DNA of 64,000 nt from assembly GCA_022825825.1 (NCBI GenBank), contig JAJDWA010000019.1, forward strand, positions 40,046-104,045. Reading direction: 5' to 3'. The DNA is from Candidatus Poribacteria bacterium (GTDB taxonomy: Bacteria; Poribacteria; WGA-4E; WGA-3G). Made by a program: the position numbers and the translations under genes. Below are positions 46,576 to 56,833 of the stretch, in pieces (positions within the stretch are counted from its first letter, which is position 1; each line of letters begins with the position of its first letter). The notes beneath the pieces were generated by a model, which was not told where the DNA came from, did no database searches, and saw only the letters and a program-made list of their open reading frames with translations.

Positions 46576-47907
46576 TTAATTATCTTGATCTAAATGATCT
46601 GCTTTTAGCGTCTGCACATAATTTTCAGTGATCTCCCTTGAAGGGTGTGCAACATTTTGATGGGGTTCGGGAAAATCAGTGAGCAGCTTTTCGTATGCTT
46701 CTATTGCATGCTCCATATCCTCAATTTCTTGATAGATTTTTCCAACTTTGTATTGCGCTTGTAGTCGGGAGTCGTAATTATGTGTCGGATTGTCTGCAAA
46801 ATTCTGATACACTTCAATCGCGCGAGCGGTATCCTTGTTATCTTCAGCAATCTGACCGATGTAAAATTTCGCAGTTGTAGCGTTCGCGTTATCTGGGTAG
46901 TTTTCTATTGCGGCCTCAAGACGAGCGATAGCTTCATCGTAATCTTTAAGCATGTGGTATGCCCATCCGATATAGAATTGCGCGTCTTGTCCGGACTGGG
47001 TGTTCGGATAGAGATCAATAGTTCGTTGGTACCCAGCGACCGCTTCCTGATATATCGCTTCCGCTTCCTGATATATCGTTTCCGCTACCTTAGGTTTGCC
47101 TTCCACTTCCTTGAATTTCGCTTCCGCTTCTTTACGCCTCCCTTCACTGAGGTAGGTTTGGGCAATACTAAAGCTTGAAGGTGGTGCAAACTGCGGGTCA
47201 CCAGCATCTGTTACGTTTTTGAACTCAACTCTTGCATTTTCATAGTCTTGTTGTGCAAAGTTAATCGCCCCAATATGATATAAAATCTTAAAAATGATTG
47301 GACTATTGCCAAGTTCCATTTTTAAGTTTTCAAGTTGGCTGAGGGCAGTATTTAGATCCTCTTTGCCTTTGTAACACATTGCGATGTTAAAATGTGCTTC
47401 TTCTTCCAAGGCATTGCCGGGATATATCGTGATTAATTGATTGAATAGCGCGATTGCTCTGTCATAGTAGGCATTGATAGATTCAAGTGTGCCGGTCTTT
47501 TTCAGATCTTCTGCAATCCGAAAGGTTGTGAACGCGATAGCGTACATTGAATCATCAGCGAATTCACTGTCCGGGTAATCGCGTATTAATCGGCGATGCA
47601 GAGCAAACCCCTCCTCATCGGTACGAGGAAGTGATGCAAGTTGATAGAGTGCATCGTCCGCCCATCGACTGTCAGGATAATTGTCAAAAACTGCCCGGCA
47701 CGCTGAACGCACTTCACGCAATCGATTTTTGTCAGGATCATCATACGTTACTGGCGGATTGTTCATTTCGCGGACTTTAACCCAAGCTTTATCGGCATTT
47801 TCATAATACTGTGTATAATTATTAAAAGGACTTGTGATCCGTCCAATCCAAAACCCCACGGCGAGCGCAATAATAACGCAAATTTCTATGATTATGAACT
47901 TTTTCAT
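46576..47907 (-). CDS. TPR-repeat protein with N-terminal membrane anchor
   Basis: An N-terminal TM helix is followed by many TPR/BamD-YbgF-like units (ADDALYQLA, YPDSEFADDSMY, YPNTQSGQDAQFYIG). Confidence 0.8.
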   Translation of the reverse strand: MKKFIIIEICVIIALAVGFWIGRITSPFNNYTQYYENADKAWVKVREMNNPPVTYDDPDKNRLREVRSACRAVFDNYPDSRWADDALYQLASLPRTDEEGFALHRRLIRDYPDSEFADDSMYAIAFTTFRIAEDLKKTGTLESINAYYDRAIALFNQLITIYPGNALEEEAHFNIAMCYKGKEDLNTALSQLENLKMELGNSPIIFKILYHIGAINFAQQDYENARVEFKNVTDAGDPQFAPPSSFSIAQTYLSEGRRKEAEAKFKEVEGKPKVAETIYQEAEAIYQEAVAGYQRTIDLYPNTQSGQDAQFYIGWAYHMLKDYDEAIARLEAAIENYPDNANATTAKFYIGQIAEDNKDTARAIEVYQNFADNPTHNYDSRLQAQYKVGKIYQEIEDMEHAIEAYEKLLTDFPEPHQNVAHPSREITENYVQTLKADHLDQDN

Positions 47908-48292
47908 CTATTTTTTCCCTTCGGACTAATAAATACGTGAAATTAATCAGAATTATAACTACGTTTTGGCAAGTTGTCAAGTATGTAAATTGAGAAGCAC
48001 CTGATTATTACAGTTTTAACTTCAGAATAAGCAATTTATATGCCAAATACAGTGTCAATAATATACCGAAATATCAACCTAAAAATCAGTTTGCTGCACA
48101 AAAATGTGCAATTTCTACTTGAAGATGCACAATATGGGGCATTTCCAAACCTAAATTACTATATCTTCCAGAATCCCAACTACCCTGAAAATTTTAAATG
48201 ACAATTAAACCGATTTATGGTATACTTGATACTATTGAAGTACAAAGTTTACAATATAAAATTTTCCGAACAACAGAATTAAACACATCCTT

Positions 48293-49477
48293 ATGAATCT
48301 TTCATCTATTTTATTTAGCACTGTCATTGCATCAACGGGTTTTTCTACATCTACCGCTATCATAGAGAAACCAGTCGCTCCCCCACCGACTATCCGAGAA
48401 AACTTTGAGTTACCATCTTTTTACCAACAGTGGATTGATGTAGATGGATTTCCCGTTGTCGCATCGGAGAAGGTTAATCCGCATGCTATGCAGGAAGCAG
48501 CTTGGCTTATCCAGCAAATGATTGGGCACCGTCCAGATTTACTACAAGCACTTGCAGAAAACAATGTCCGTTTCTCCATTATGGCATACAATGAGATGAC
48601 GACAGCGATCCCTGAACATAACGATCTCAAACCCGATTTTTATTGGGATAGACGCGCTCGTGGTCTGGGGGCAACATCTTCGCGTCCATCTGTCAGTTGT
48701 GGTGAAGAGAACCTTCTTAACTATCCGGGGGATCCTTACGGGACTGAAAATATCCTTGTTCACGAGTTCGCTCATGCAATCCATCAAATGGGACTCAGCA
48801 CCGTTGCCCCGGATTTTGACAAACGGCTTAAGGCTTTGTATGAAATAGCGATGGAAAAAGGGTTGTGGAAAGGCACTTACGCTTCCACCAACAAGGAGGA
48901 GTATTGGGCTGAAGGCACGCAATCTTGGTTTAACACGAACCGGGAGAACGATGCACAGCATAACCATGTCAGTAAACGGGGAATATTGAAAGATTATGAT
49001 CCTGAGTTGGCAACGCTGCTCATGGAAATCTATGGTGATGAAGATTGGCGTTATACAAATGCTATAACCCGGACGCATTTACCGCATCTGGATGGATTCA
49101 ATCCTGATAATTCACCAAAGTTTGAATGGCCCGCTGAACTTGCTGCGAGCTATGAACAGTTGTTTGATCCGAACTGCGATGAGGGTGACAAATGGGTGAA
49201 TTTGAACCGTTACGAACCGAGTCAACTTTCAACGTTAAAATCGAATGACGGTGAGCATACTGCTGTCCTTTTCGTGAACAAAACCGAAACTGATATTACT
49301 TACTATTGGATAGATGCTGAAGGTAATGAGAGTTATCGCGGGCGTGCTGCTGCCGATGCATTCAGTATTCATCACACGCATGCTGGTCATATCTGGCTTG
49401 TTAAAGATCACAATGGGGATAACATCGCCATTTTTCAAGCAAAAGAGATGACAGGACGAGCCTTAATTCAAGAATAA
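48293..49477 (+). CDS. putative secreted zinc metallopeptidase-like protein with C-terminal VHL-beta-like domain
   Basis: HEXXH in the context LVHEFAHAIHQ plus EEYWAEGTQSWF. The C-terminal segment TAVLFVNKTETDITYYWIDAEGNESY...HAGHIWLVKD resembles the von Hippel-Lindau beta-domain core (V-F-N ... W ... G ... Y ... GH-WL--D). Confidence 0.65.
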   Translation: MNLSSILFSTVIASTGFSTSTAIIEKPVAPPPTIRENFELPSFYQQWIDVDGFPVVASEKVNPHAMQEAAWLIQQMIGHRPDLLQALAENNVRFSIMAYNEMTTAIPEHNDLKPDFYWDRRARGLGATSSRPSVSCGEENLLNYPGDPYGTENILVHEFAHAIHQMGLSTVAPDFDKRLKALYEIAMEKGLWKGTYASTNKEEYWAEGTQSWFNTNRENDAQHNHVSKRGILKDYDPELATLLMEIYGDEDWRYTNAITRTHLPHLDGFNPDNSPKFEWPAELAASYEQLFDPNCDEGDKWVNLNRYEPSQLSTLKSNDGEHTAVLFVNKTETDITYYWIDAEGNESYRGRAAADAFSIHHTHAGHIWLVKDHNGDNIAIFQAKEMTGRALIQE

Positions 49478-49671
49478 TACAATTATCGGTAAACCTATTT
49501 GGTGTTATAGGTGTTAAATCTTACCAAATCAACTAAAATTTGGTATGTCGTATAATAACAAGTTTATTACAATGAACTAACTATTTCAATTATTGTATAG
49601 ATGAATCTTGGACAAAATGTATTCATCTTAACTATCAATTCAATTCAATTTAATTTTGAAAGGAAAAGAAA

Positions 49672-50691
49672 ATGAAAAAATTATGTTTTCGAATTTCAGT
49701 ATTGGTATTGGCATTTTTAATGGTTTCCCCTATACTCTCAGACAATCACGAGAGTAGTATCCTTGATAAAGTGAAAAAAAGGGGAAGGCTGATTTGTGGT
49801 GTTAATAAAGAATTACCGGGGTTTGGTTATCTCAGTCAGGATGGAAAATATAAAGGATTTGACGTAGATTTTGGTCGTGCAATTGCCGCTGCAGTTCTCG
49901 GGGATCCGGACAAAGTTGAGTTCCGTTCCTTAAAGGCAGCAGACAGATTTCCTGCTCTTCAGACAGGTGAAATAGATGTGTTAATTCGCAACACTACTAT
50001 GACGTTAACGCGTGACACAGCAAACGGTGCAGACTTCTGCCCGCCAAACTTTTATGATGGTCAAGGGTTTATGCTACGTAAAAAGCTGGGTATAACATCA
50101 CTGAAGGAGCTCGACGGTGCTACTATCGGTGTCACAGCTGGGAGTACCACAGAGTTAAATCTTGCAGACAAAATGCGAACATTGGGAATCAAAGTTGAGT
50201 CTATTGTTTTTGAGGAAACTGAAACGCTTTACCAAAGTTATGATCAAGGACGTTGTGATGCGGTGACAAGCGATAAGTCTCAACTTATTTCTCGCCGGGC
50301 ATCTTTGAAAAATCCGGATGAGCATATCATTCTTGATGTAACCATTTCCAAGGAACCTTTAGCACCTGTTACCGTTCATGGAGACAACAAGTGGAATGAT
50401 GTTGTGAGTTGGGTTGTTTATGCCACGTTCTTTGCAGAGGAACACAATATTACACAAGCTAAGGTGAAAAACCTTAAATCCGACAACCCAGAAATTAAGC
50501 GTTTTCTTGGAGATACTGGAAATATCGGTGAGTTACTTGGTTTGCCAAAAGATTGGGCGCGCCACGCCATTGGTGCAGTCGGTCACTATGGTGAAATCTT
50601 TGAACGCAACCTCACGCCTCTCGGTCTTCCGCGCGGTGTTAACAAACCTTGGACAGAAGGTGGGTTGCTTTACGCAATGCCGTTCCGTTAG
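49672..50691 (+). CDS. amino-acid ABC transporter substrate-binding protein (AapJ/BztA-like)
   Basis: A signal peptide and the family-3 SBP pattern (GFDVDFGRAIAAAV, IDVLIRNTTMT). Confidence 0.85.
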   Translation: MKKLCFRISVLVLAFLMVSPILSDNHESSILDKVKKRGRLICGVNKELPGFGYLSQDGKYKGFDVDFGRAIAAAVLGDPDKVEFRSLKAADRFPALQTGEIDVLIRNTTMTLTRDTANGADFCPPNFYDGQGFMLRKKLGITSLKELDGATIGVTAGSTTELNLADKMRTLGIKVESIVFEETETLYQSYDQGRCDAVTSDKSQLISRRASLKNPDEHIILDVTISKEPLAPVTVHGDNKWNDVVSWVVYATFFAEEHNITQAKVKNLKSDNPEIKRFLGDTGNIGELLGLPKDWARHAIGAVGHYGEIFERNLTPLGLPRGVNKPWTEGGLLYAMPFR

Positions 50692-50736
50692 ACACATACT
50701 ACACATAGGAAAGTCAAAGATGCATGGTGCCTTCCT

Positions 50737-51972
50737 ATGTACCATGCATCAAATACTATGGCACAAAATTCAACAAACATCCCATTTTGGCGAGATACTC
50801 GCGTTCTTAAAGTCCTATTCCAAATCCTTTTTTTGCTTGGTGTATTCCTGTTAGCAGGGATTCTCTACGCAAATATGCTTAAAGGGTTAGAAAGTCGCGG
50901 CTTAAATCTCAAACTTGATTTTTTAAGAAATGAAGCGGGGTTTGATGTATCCGATAGTGTTGTAGAATATGCTTCGTCGGATACGTATCTAAAGTCGTTT
51001 TATGTCGGCGTGCTGAACACCGTAAGGGTTAGTTTGGTGGGGATCTTGTGTGCGACAGTGCTTGGTCTCTTTTTTGGGATTGCTCGTTTATCAACCAATT
51101 GGTTGGTACGAAACATTGCGGCTACATATATTGAGATTTTCCGTAATGTTCCGCTACTGCTTCAGATAGTGTTTTGGTTTACCGTATTTGGCTCACTACC
51201 CGCAGCGAACAATAGCATTGAACTATTCAATGCTGTCTACATCAACAACCGGTCAATACATTTCCCTTCTTTACAACAGACAGCAGGATTCAGCAGCTGG
51301 GTTGGGTATCTTTATGCTGCAGCTATTTTGGCAATTATCTCTGTATTTGTCTTGGCATTGATTTTTTATCGCAAACATGCCGAAAGGATGAAAGAAGGGG
51401 ATGACAACAGATATTTCATGCATATATCCAGAGCCGCGAAGTGGAGTGCTGTACCCGTTTTCTTGATAGTCGCTATCATAGGGTGGTTTTTTGCACCAGA
51501 GAGTCCATTCGTATTAGTACGTCCGGAATTTCAGAGGTTCAACGTCGTTGGCGGGATACGTTTTTCAGCAAGTTTCATTTCTCTCTTAATTGGGTTAAGT
51601 GTCTATACCAGTGCATTTATCGCTGAAGTGGTTCGAAGTGGTATACAAGCAGTCTCAAAGGGACAACGAGAAGCAGCGCGGGCAGTTGGTTTGAGTACGG
51701 GGCAGACGTTACGTTTAATCGTTTTACCGCAAGCAGTTCCAATTATTATTCCCCCACTTACAAGCCAGTATCTTAATCTCGCAAAAAACTCAAGTTTGGC
51801 AGCAGCAGCGGGTTATGACGACCTATTTCGCATTGGAAAGACCATTATGACTCAAGCTGGGAAAGAAATCCCTGTCTTTGCAATGATTATGGTAAACTAT
51901 CTGACCATGAGCCTGACAACATCAGCAGCAATGAATTGGTATAACAGTTGGGTCAACCGTATTAAAAGATGA
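50737..51972 (+). CDS. amino-acid ABC transporter permease (AapQ/BztB-like)
   Basis: A long polytopic permease with the His/Glu/Gln/Arg-type EAA region (AEVVRSGIQAVSKGQREAARAVGLS). Confidence 0.85.
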   Translation: MYHASNTMAQNSTNIPFWRDTRVLKVLFQILFLLGVFLLAGILYANMLKGLESRGLNLKLDFLRNEAGFDVSDSVVEYASSDTYLKSFYVGVLNTVRVSLVGILCATVLGLFFGIARLSTNWLVRNIAATYIEIFRNVPLLLQIVFWFTVFGSLPAANNSIELFNAVYINNRSIHFPSLQQTAGFSSWVGYLYAAAILAIISVFVLALIFYRKHAERMKEGDDNRYFMHISRAAKWSAVPVFLIVAIIGWFFAPESPFVLVRPEFQRFNVVGGIRFSASFISLLIGLSVYTSAFIAEVVRSGIQAVSKGQREAARAVGLSTGQTLRLIVLPQAVPIIIPPLTSQYLNLAKNSSLAAAAGYDDLFRIGKTIMTQAGKEIPVFAMIMVNYLTMSLTTSAAMNWYNSWVNRIKR

Positions 51973-52033
51973 TTCATAACGGTCTTGTATCTACTATGAA
52001 CGTAATGCATTCTAAAGCAAAGGACATCACAAA

Positions 52034-53281
52034 GTGGAAGAACAGGTAGATATTCAACAAATTAAACCACCAACTTATGCGAAAGGGCCTGTAGGGTGGC
52101 TGAGAGAGAATCTATTTAGTCCTTGGTATAACGCAATTCTGACTTGTGTTGCCTTGTTGTTTCTCTATTTTGTCTTTAAGGGACTATTAACATGGGCATT
52201 CACTGAAGCAGAATGGAACGTTATTCCTGCAAACCTACAACTTTTTGCTATCGGACCCTACCCACGGGATCAAGTTTATCGTATATGGATTTGCCTCTAT
52301 ATATTGTCCGTACTCTTAGGTTTGAGTGCAGGAGTCTGGCGTGGTATAGTCCAACGATGGACCATTGTTGTTGGGAGTATTCTTCTTGTATTTCTCGTTA
52401 TACCTTTTGAGATTGTTCAGCGTGAAGATAGTCATTTGGTTTCAATTGAATTTAGGTTCAACTTGATCTGGCTTATTTTTGAGTCACGGCGATGGTTATT
52501 AGGTGATGTAGCATTACTTATTGGGGCATTTTTTCTCGGACAGCGTATTACCAGATTGCGTCCTTGGATATTGGGTGGATGGGTTCTTTCCTTTCCTATA
52601 ATCATGTTTGTCCTACACGGGTTTGGAGAGAATGCTGTTCAAACAAGTATGTGGGGTGGGCTGCTGCTCACATTAATTCTTGCTGTCTTTGGAATTGTCG
52701 TTTCATTTCCACTTGGTGTGTTTTTAGCACTCTGTAGACAGAGTAAACTTCCAGCTATCAAATGGGTATCAACATTTTATATTGAAACGGTACGTGGTGT
52801 GCCGTTGATAACAATTTTATTCATGGGAAGTGTGTTGATACCTATCTTTATACCTTATTTTACCATAGACCAAGTTTTACGCATGATGGTCGCCATAACT
52901 TTATTTTCTGCTGCGTACATGGCAGAGAATGTCCGGGGTGGTCTCCAGGCGATACCCAGAGGACAACATGAGGCTGCCCAAGCTGTAGGACTTAACTACG
53001 TTCAGAGTATGATGTTTATTGTCTTACCGCAGGCACTACGTTCTGTCATTCCGGCGATTGTTGGACAATTTATAGCACTCTTTAAGGACACATCTTTAGT
53101 GTATATCATTGGCCTCATTGATCTGTTTGGTGTCGCTAAAAGTATAATTACAAATCCCGTTTGGTTAGGACGTCACGTTGAGGTATATATATTTATCGCC
53201 CTTATCTACTTTAGTTTTTGTTATGCAATGTCTAAAGCCAGTCAGGAAATTGAAGCAGATTTAGGAGTCGGAAAACATTAG
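52034..53281 (+). CDS. amino-acid ABC transporter permease (AapM/BztC-like)
   Basis: GTG start, an N-terminal [12 protein letters not shown] motif, and the EAA region [25 protein letters not shown]. Confidence 0.85.
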   Translation: MEEQVDIQQIKPPTYAKGPVGWLRENLFSPWYNAILTCVALLFLYFVFKGLLTWAFTEAEWNVIPANLQLFAIGPYPRDQVYRIWICLYILSVLLGLSAGVWRGIVQRWTIVVGSILLVFLVIPFEIVQREDSHLVSIEFRFNLIWLIFESRRWLLGDVALLIGAFFLGQRITRLRPWILGGWVLSFPIIMFVLHGFGENAVQTSMWGGLLLTLILAVFGIVVSFPLGVFLALCRQSKLPAIKWVSTFYIETVRGVPLITILFMGSVLIPIFIPYFTIDQVLRMMVAITLFSAAYMAENVRGGLQAIPRGQHEAAQAVGLNYVQSMMFIVLPQALRSVIPAIVGQFIALFKDTSLVYIIGLIDLFGVAKSIITNPVWLGRHVEVYIFIALIYFSFCYAMSKASQEIEADLGVGKH

Positions 53282-53337
53282 GGGTTTGTTGGATCCCTTC
53301 ACATCAATATGAGAATCATAAAGGAAGGAATATAGCA

Positions 53338-54093
53338 ATGAATGAAAATACAACCAACGATCCAATAATTATATGTGAAGACGTACACAAATGGTTTGAT
53401 GATTTCCACGTCCTTAAAGGCATAACTACTACTTTTAAAAAAGGAGAAAGGGCAGTTATTTGTGGTCCCTCTGGATCAGGAAAATCCACGTTTATCCGCA
53501 CCATCAATCGCCTTGAGGAACATCAACGCGGTACAATCATTGTTGATGGCATTGAGTTAAGCAACGATCTCCGGAATATCAATCTTATCCGTCAGGAAGT
53601 CGGTATGGTATTCCAGCAATTCAATCTGTTTCCACATCTGTCGAACCTAAAGAATATAACGTTAGGTCCTATGAAAGTGAGAAAACTGTCAAAACGTAAA
53701 GCTGAAGAAGAAGCATTAGCATTGCTTGAACGGATGGGTATTGCGGATCAGGCGTATAAATATCCATCGGAAGTTTCTGGTGGGCAGCAGCAGCGTGTTG
53801 CCATTGCGAGAGCATTGGCAATGGAACCAAAAATCATGCTCTTTGATGAACCGACAAGTGCACTTGACCCTGAGATGATCTCTGAAGTATTAGATGTGAT
53901 GCGTGAACTTGCACATTCTGGTATGACAATGTTGGTTGTTACGCATGAGATGGGTTTTGCCCGTGAAGTAGCGGATCGGGTTATGTTCTTTGATGAAGGT
54001 GTGGTTGTAGAGGAGGCAGCACCTGCAGATTTCTTTGATAACCCGCAGCATGACCGCACAAAACTTTTCATATCGCAAACGCTGCAGCATTAG
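53338..54093 (+). CDS. amino-acid ABC transporter ATP-binding protein
   Basis: Walker [10 protein letters not shown], signature VSGGQQQR, Walker [12 protein letters not shown], and the H-loop VTHEM. Confidence 0.95.
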   Translation: MNENTTNDPIIICEDVHKWFDDFHVLKGITTTFKKGERAVICGPSGSGKSTFIRTINRLEEHQRGTIIVDGIELSNDLRNINLIRQEVGMVFQQFNLFPHLSNLKNITLGPMKVRKLSKRKAEEEALALLERMGIADQAYKYPSEVSGGQQQRVAIARALAMEPKIMLFDEPTSALDPEMISEVLDVMRELAHSGMTMLVVTHEMGFAREVADRVMFFDEGVVVEEAAPADFFDNPQHDRTKLFISQTLQH

Positions 54094-54115
54094 GATTTGG
54101 TAGAAATATAACATA

Positions 54116-54315
54116 ATGAAAGCAGAATATGATTTATCAAAAGGTGAACGTGGTAAATTCTACAACAAAGAAGCTGTTTTCCAAATACCTATTTATCTTG
54201 AAAAAGACGTTTGCGACTATATGCAACATCTTGCCGATGTCAAGGGAAAGAGGTAGAAGAACTTGTTAATGAATTACTACGTCACAACATTGAATTGATT
54301 CAGAGAATCCGATAA
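54116..54315 (+). pseudogene. orphan, frameshifted CopG/RHH-type antitoxin-like gene
   Basis: MKAEYDLSKGERGKFYNKEAVFQIPIYLEKDVCDYMQHLADVKGK is interrupted by TAG at 54254-54256. A +1 frame continues EVEELVNELLRHNIELIQRIR* to 54315. Joined, the two parts look like the common MKxEYDFSKGxRGKFY antitoxin family. There is no adjacent toxin. Confidence 0.5.
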
Positions 54316-54364
54316 ATTAACAGAGCGATTGCCTTATGCAGCGTAAATTGAAGTTGTTTACTTA

Positions 54365-54724
54365 TCAATTGTAAGCTGTTTGTAGAAGCATAATCGGAAT
54401 CGTTTCTGAGATTGACGGTGTGTAAGATGAGAGCAAAAGCACATCACTAACCGGTGGACGTTGCAGTACATCTATAACAATCTCTTGAAGATCATTGGAT
54501 AAATCGGATAAACCTGTGAGTGGAAAACTTCGAGGTCCCATGTCGGTTTTTTGTGCAAGTAAAGAGTACTCCAGCAAAGTCATCCCAATAGCGCGACGAT
54601 CTTGTTTGTTGAGTCGGAGCAAAATGTGGGGTGTTAATTCAATACCCGTTGCTTGTTCTCCAGAGGAAAATGAGATGTACAGTGTATCACTTACTTCATC
54701 GTAGTTAAAAATTGGTGGTGTCAT
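54365..54724 (-). CDS. DUF2283-like protein (possible antitoxin)
   Basis: The N-terminus NYDEVSDTLYISFSSGEQATGIELTPHILLRLNKQDRRAIGMTLLEYS follows the DUF2283 pattern (YD.e.D.lYi.f ... G.e.l). It lies 6 nt downstream of the 110-aa ORF. Confidence 0.55.
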   Translation of the reverse strand: MTPPIFNYDEVSDTLYISFSSGEQATGIELTPHILLRLNKQDRRAIGMTLLEYSLLAQKTDMGPRSFPLTGLSDLSNDLQEIVIDVLQRPPVSDVLLLSSYTPSISETIPIMLLQTAYN

Positions 54725-54730
54725 ATCAGT

Positions 54731-55063
54731 TTACCCTATCTGTTTTTGGAATGCTGTGACAATGTAGTTATTTGACAGTGGTTTACCGTCCGAATCTTCA
54801 CGAAACCGGAACAGAACAATTGCAACTATATGCGTATTATCTTCAGGCAAATCATCGAAGGAATTGACGTAACGGTATTTTTGTGGATTCAACTTATCTT
54901 GTGATCTTCTTCCGTAACGTATTGTCAACTTTAGGTGTTCTTCATGATTGATCATATTTGGATGGTTTACTGAGTTAGTAATATGCTGCCAACGTTCATG
55001 TGTGAGATAAATCTCATTTCTATACCGGTCAAACGTTGTCCAACGGATACCAATTGATTTCAT
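54731..55063 (-). CDS. hypothetical 110-aa protein (possible toxin partner)
   Basis: A compact ORF immediately upstream of the DUF2283-like gene, which is the usual toxin-first arrangement of DUF4258/DUF2283-type pairs. The family itself is not confidently recognised. Confidence 0.4.
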   Translation of the reverse strand: MKSIGIRWTTFDRYRNEIYLTHERWQHITNSVNHPNMINHEEHLKLTIRYGRRSQDKLNPQKYRYVNSFDDLPEDNTHIVAIVLFRFREDSDGKPLSNNYIVTAFQKQIG

Positions 55064-55151
55064 TATTTCCTCTTGAGTTGCTTAAGTACTCGCTTCAATT
55101 CGCTATTTATTATAACATTAAAATAGAAAGAATGATAGGGAAAACCACATC

Positions 55152-55910
55152 ATGCGGTTAAAAGATAAAATAGCCATTGTCACAGGAGCAGGGCGCGGTA
55201 TCGGCAGAGCAATAGCGATTCGTTTCGCTGAAGAAGGTGCTAAAGTTGTCGTTGATGATGTAAACGATGCCATTGGCACAGCCACCGTCACTGCTATCAC
55301 TGATGCGGGCGGCGAAGCATTATTTATCAACGCTGATGTGTCCGATGCTACAGAAGCAGATACGCTCATAACTAAAGCGGTTGATGCTTACGGAACAGTT
55401 GATATCCTTGTAAACAATGCCATCTGTTCTACCGAAGATGTCCTAAACAACAATTGGGAAGCAAACCTATCAGTTGCACTTCAAGGCACAAGTCATTGTA
55501 GCAATACGGTGGTCCCGATTATGCAAAAAGGGGGCGGCGGTAGCATCGTCAACATTGCTTCTGTCAATGGACTCATCGGACTGCAAGGTATTCACGCCTA
55601 TTCTGCTGCAAAAGGCGGTGTCATCGCGTTGACTCGTTCCATGGCAGTTGCACATGGAAAAGACAATATCCGTATCAACTGTATCTGTCCCGGCACTGTG
55701 CAAACTGAAGTCTGGGAACCTATGATTGAACGGAATCCGAATATATTGGACGAAATCACGCCGTGGTATCCGCTGGGACGAATCGGAAAACCTGTGGATA
55801 TTGCAAACGCCGCGCTGTTCCTTGCATCTGATGAGGCGAGTTTTGCAACAGGGGCAGTTTTTGTGATTGACGGAGGGTTGACTGCTGGCAACCATCAGTT
55901 TCCGATCTAA
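55152..55910 (+). CDS. SDR family oxidoreductase
   Basis: TGAGRGIG, NNAI and YSAAK motifs. Confidence 0.9.
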   Translation: MRLKDKIAIVTGAGRGIGRAIAIRFAEEGAKVVVDDVNDAIGTATVTAITDAGGEALFINADVSDATEADTLITKAVDAYGTVDILVNNAICSTEDVLNNNWEANLSVALQGTSHCSNTVVPIMQKGGGGSIVNIASVNGLIGLQGIHAYSAAKGGVIALTRSMAVAHGKDNIRINCICPGTVQTEVWEPMIERNPNILDEITPWYPLGRIGKPVDIANAALFLASDEASFATGAVFVIDGGLTAGNHQFPI

Positions 55911-55963
55911 ATTATACAATTCGTAAATTCTAAATGAATACCAATTTGACAAGGAGAAACAGA

Positions 55964-56815
55964 ATGGTAACACAGGAACAAATCGACTTTTTTCAAGAAA
56001 ACGGCTATCTAAAATATGGTAAGGTTTTAGATAGCGATGGTGTCCAATCCATGCGCGATGGTTTAGATACCATCATTGAATTGGAACTCAACGAAGGTGA
56101 TGATTCATCTCCAGAATTCAAATACGGACATGATCGTCAAGGGCAGCAGCTCAATAGAGGCAGAGGTCACCCGCGTGCAATTCATCAATTCGTCAACATG
56201 TGGAAACGCGAAGCCAGTTATGAAGCTGCTATCCATAATCCGTCAATTGCAGGAACAGCGCGGGCATTGTTGGAGACTCCAGAAGTTAGACTTTGGCATG
56301 ATCAAGTTATTTCCAAACCACCACAAGATAACGGGCACTTCGGTTTTCATCACGATTTCTTCTTCTGGCCCCTGAGTCATCCAAATATTGTGAGTTGTTG
56401 GCTTGCTTTAGACAATGCTACGGTGGATAGCGGATGCATGCACGTCATGCCGAAAAGCCACAAAGACGAACGTTTCTCAGTCGAAGCGAAAGCAGCATTT
56501 GATGCGGAAACAGCAAAAGCACAAGAAGAAGGACGTGAACCACCCCCGAATCCGTGGGCAGAAAGGCGGAATTTAGATATTAGTCATGGCATTCCAGTAG
56601 AGTTGAAAGCAGGTGAGTGTATGTTCCATCACTGTCTCAACTGGCACGGCACACCGCCAAATGTTACAGATCGTCAACGGCGTGCATTTGTCATGATCTT
56701 TATGGCGCAAGGTGTTTGCTACAACAACGCGCAATCTCCGGGACACGTCCTCGTACCAACGATTGAGGTTGCAGATGGTGAACCGCTTGTCGGTGATGCG
56801 TTTCCAGTAGCATAA
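55964..56815 (+). CDS. phytanoyl-CoA dioxygenase family protein
   Basis: FFQENGYLKYGKVL N-terminus, HHD triad motif, and distal WHGTPPN. ATG at 55964 has RBS aaggag. Confidence 0.8.
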   Translation: MVTQEQIDFFQENGYLKYGKVLDSDGVQSMRDGLDTIIELELNEGDDSSPEFKYGHDRQGQQLNRGRGHPRAIHQFVNMWKREASYEAAIHNPSIAGTARALLETPEVRLWHDQVISKPPQDNGHFGFHHDFFFWPLSHPNIVSCWLALDNATVDSGCMHVMPKSHKDERFSVEAKAAFDAETAKAQEEGREPPPNPWAERRNLDISHGIPVELKAGECMFHHCLNWHGTPPNVTDRQRRAFVMIFMAQGVCYNNAQSPGHVLVPTIEVADGEPLVGDAFPVA

Positions 56816-56833
56816 CAAGATTTGGGTAGTGAG

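Noticed and set aside
49522-49545. Hairpin TACCAAAT-N8-ATTTGGTA after the metallopeptidase gene, resembling the outer stem at 46269/46347
   Set aside because: It has only an 8-bp AT-rich stem without a T tract or a REP core. The similarity to the other stem (ACCAAAT) may be chance in AT-rich DNA.
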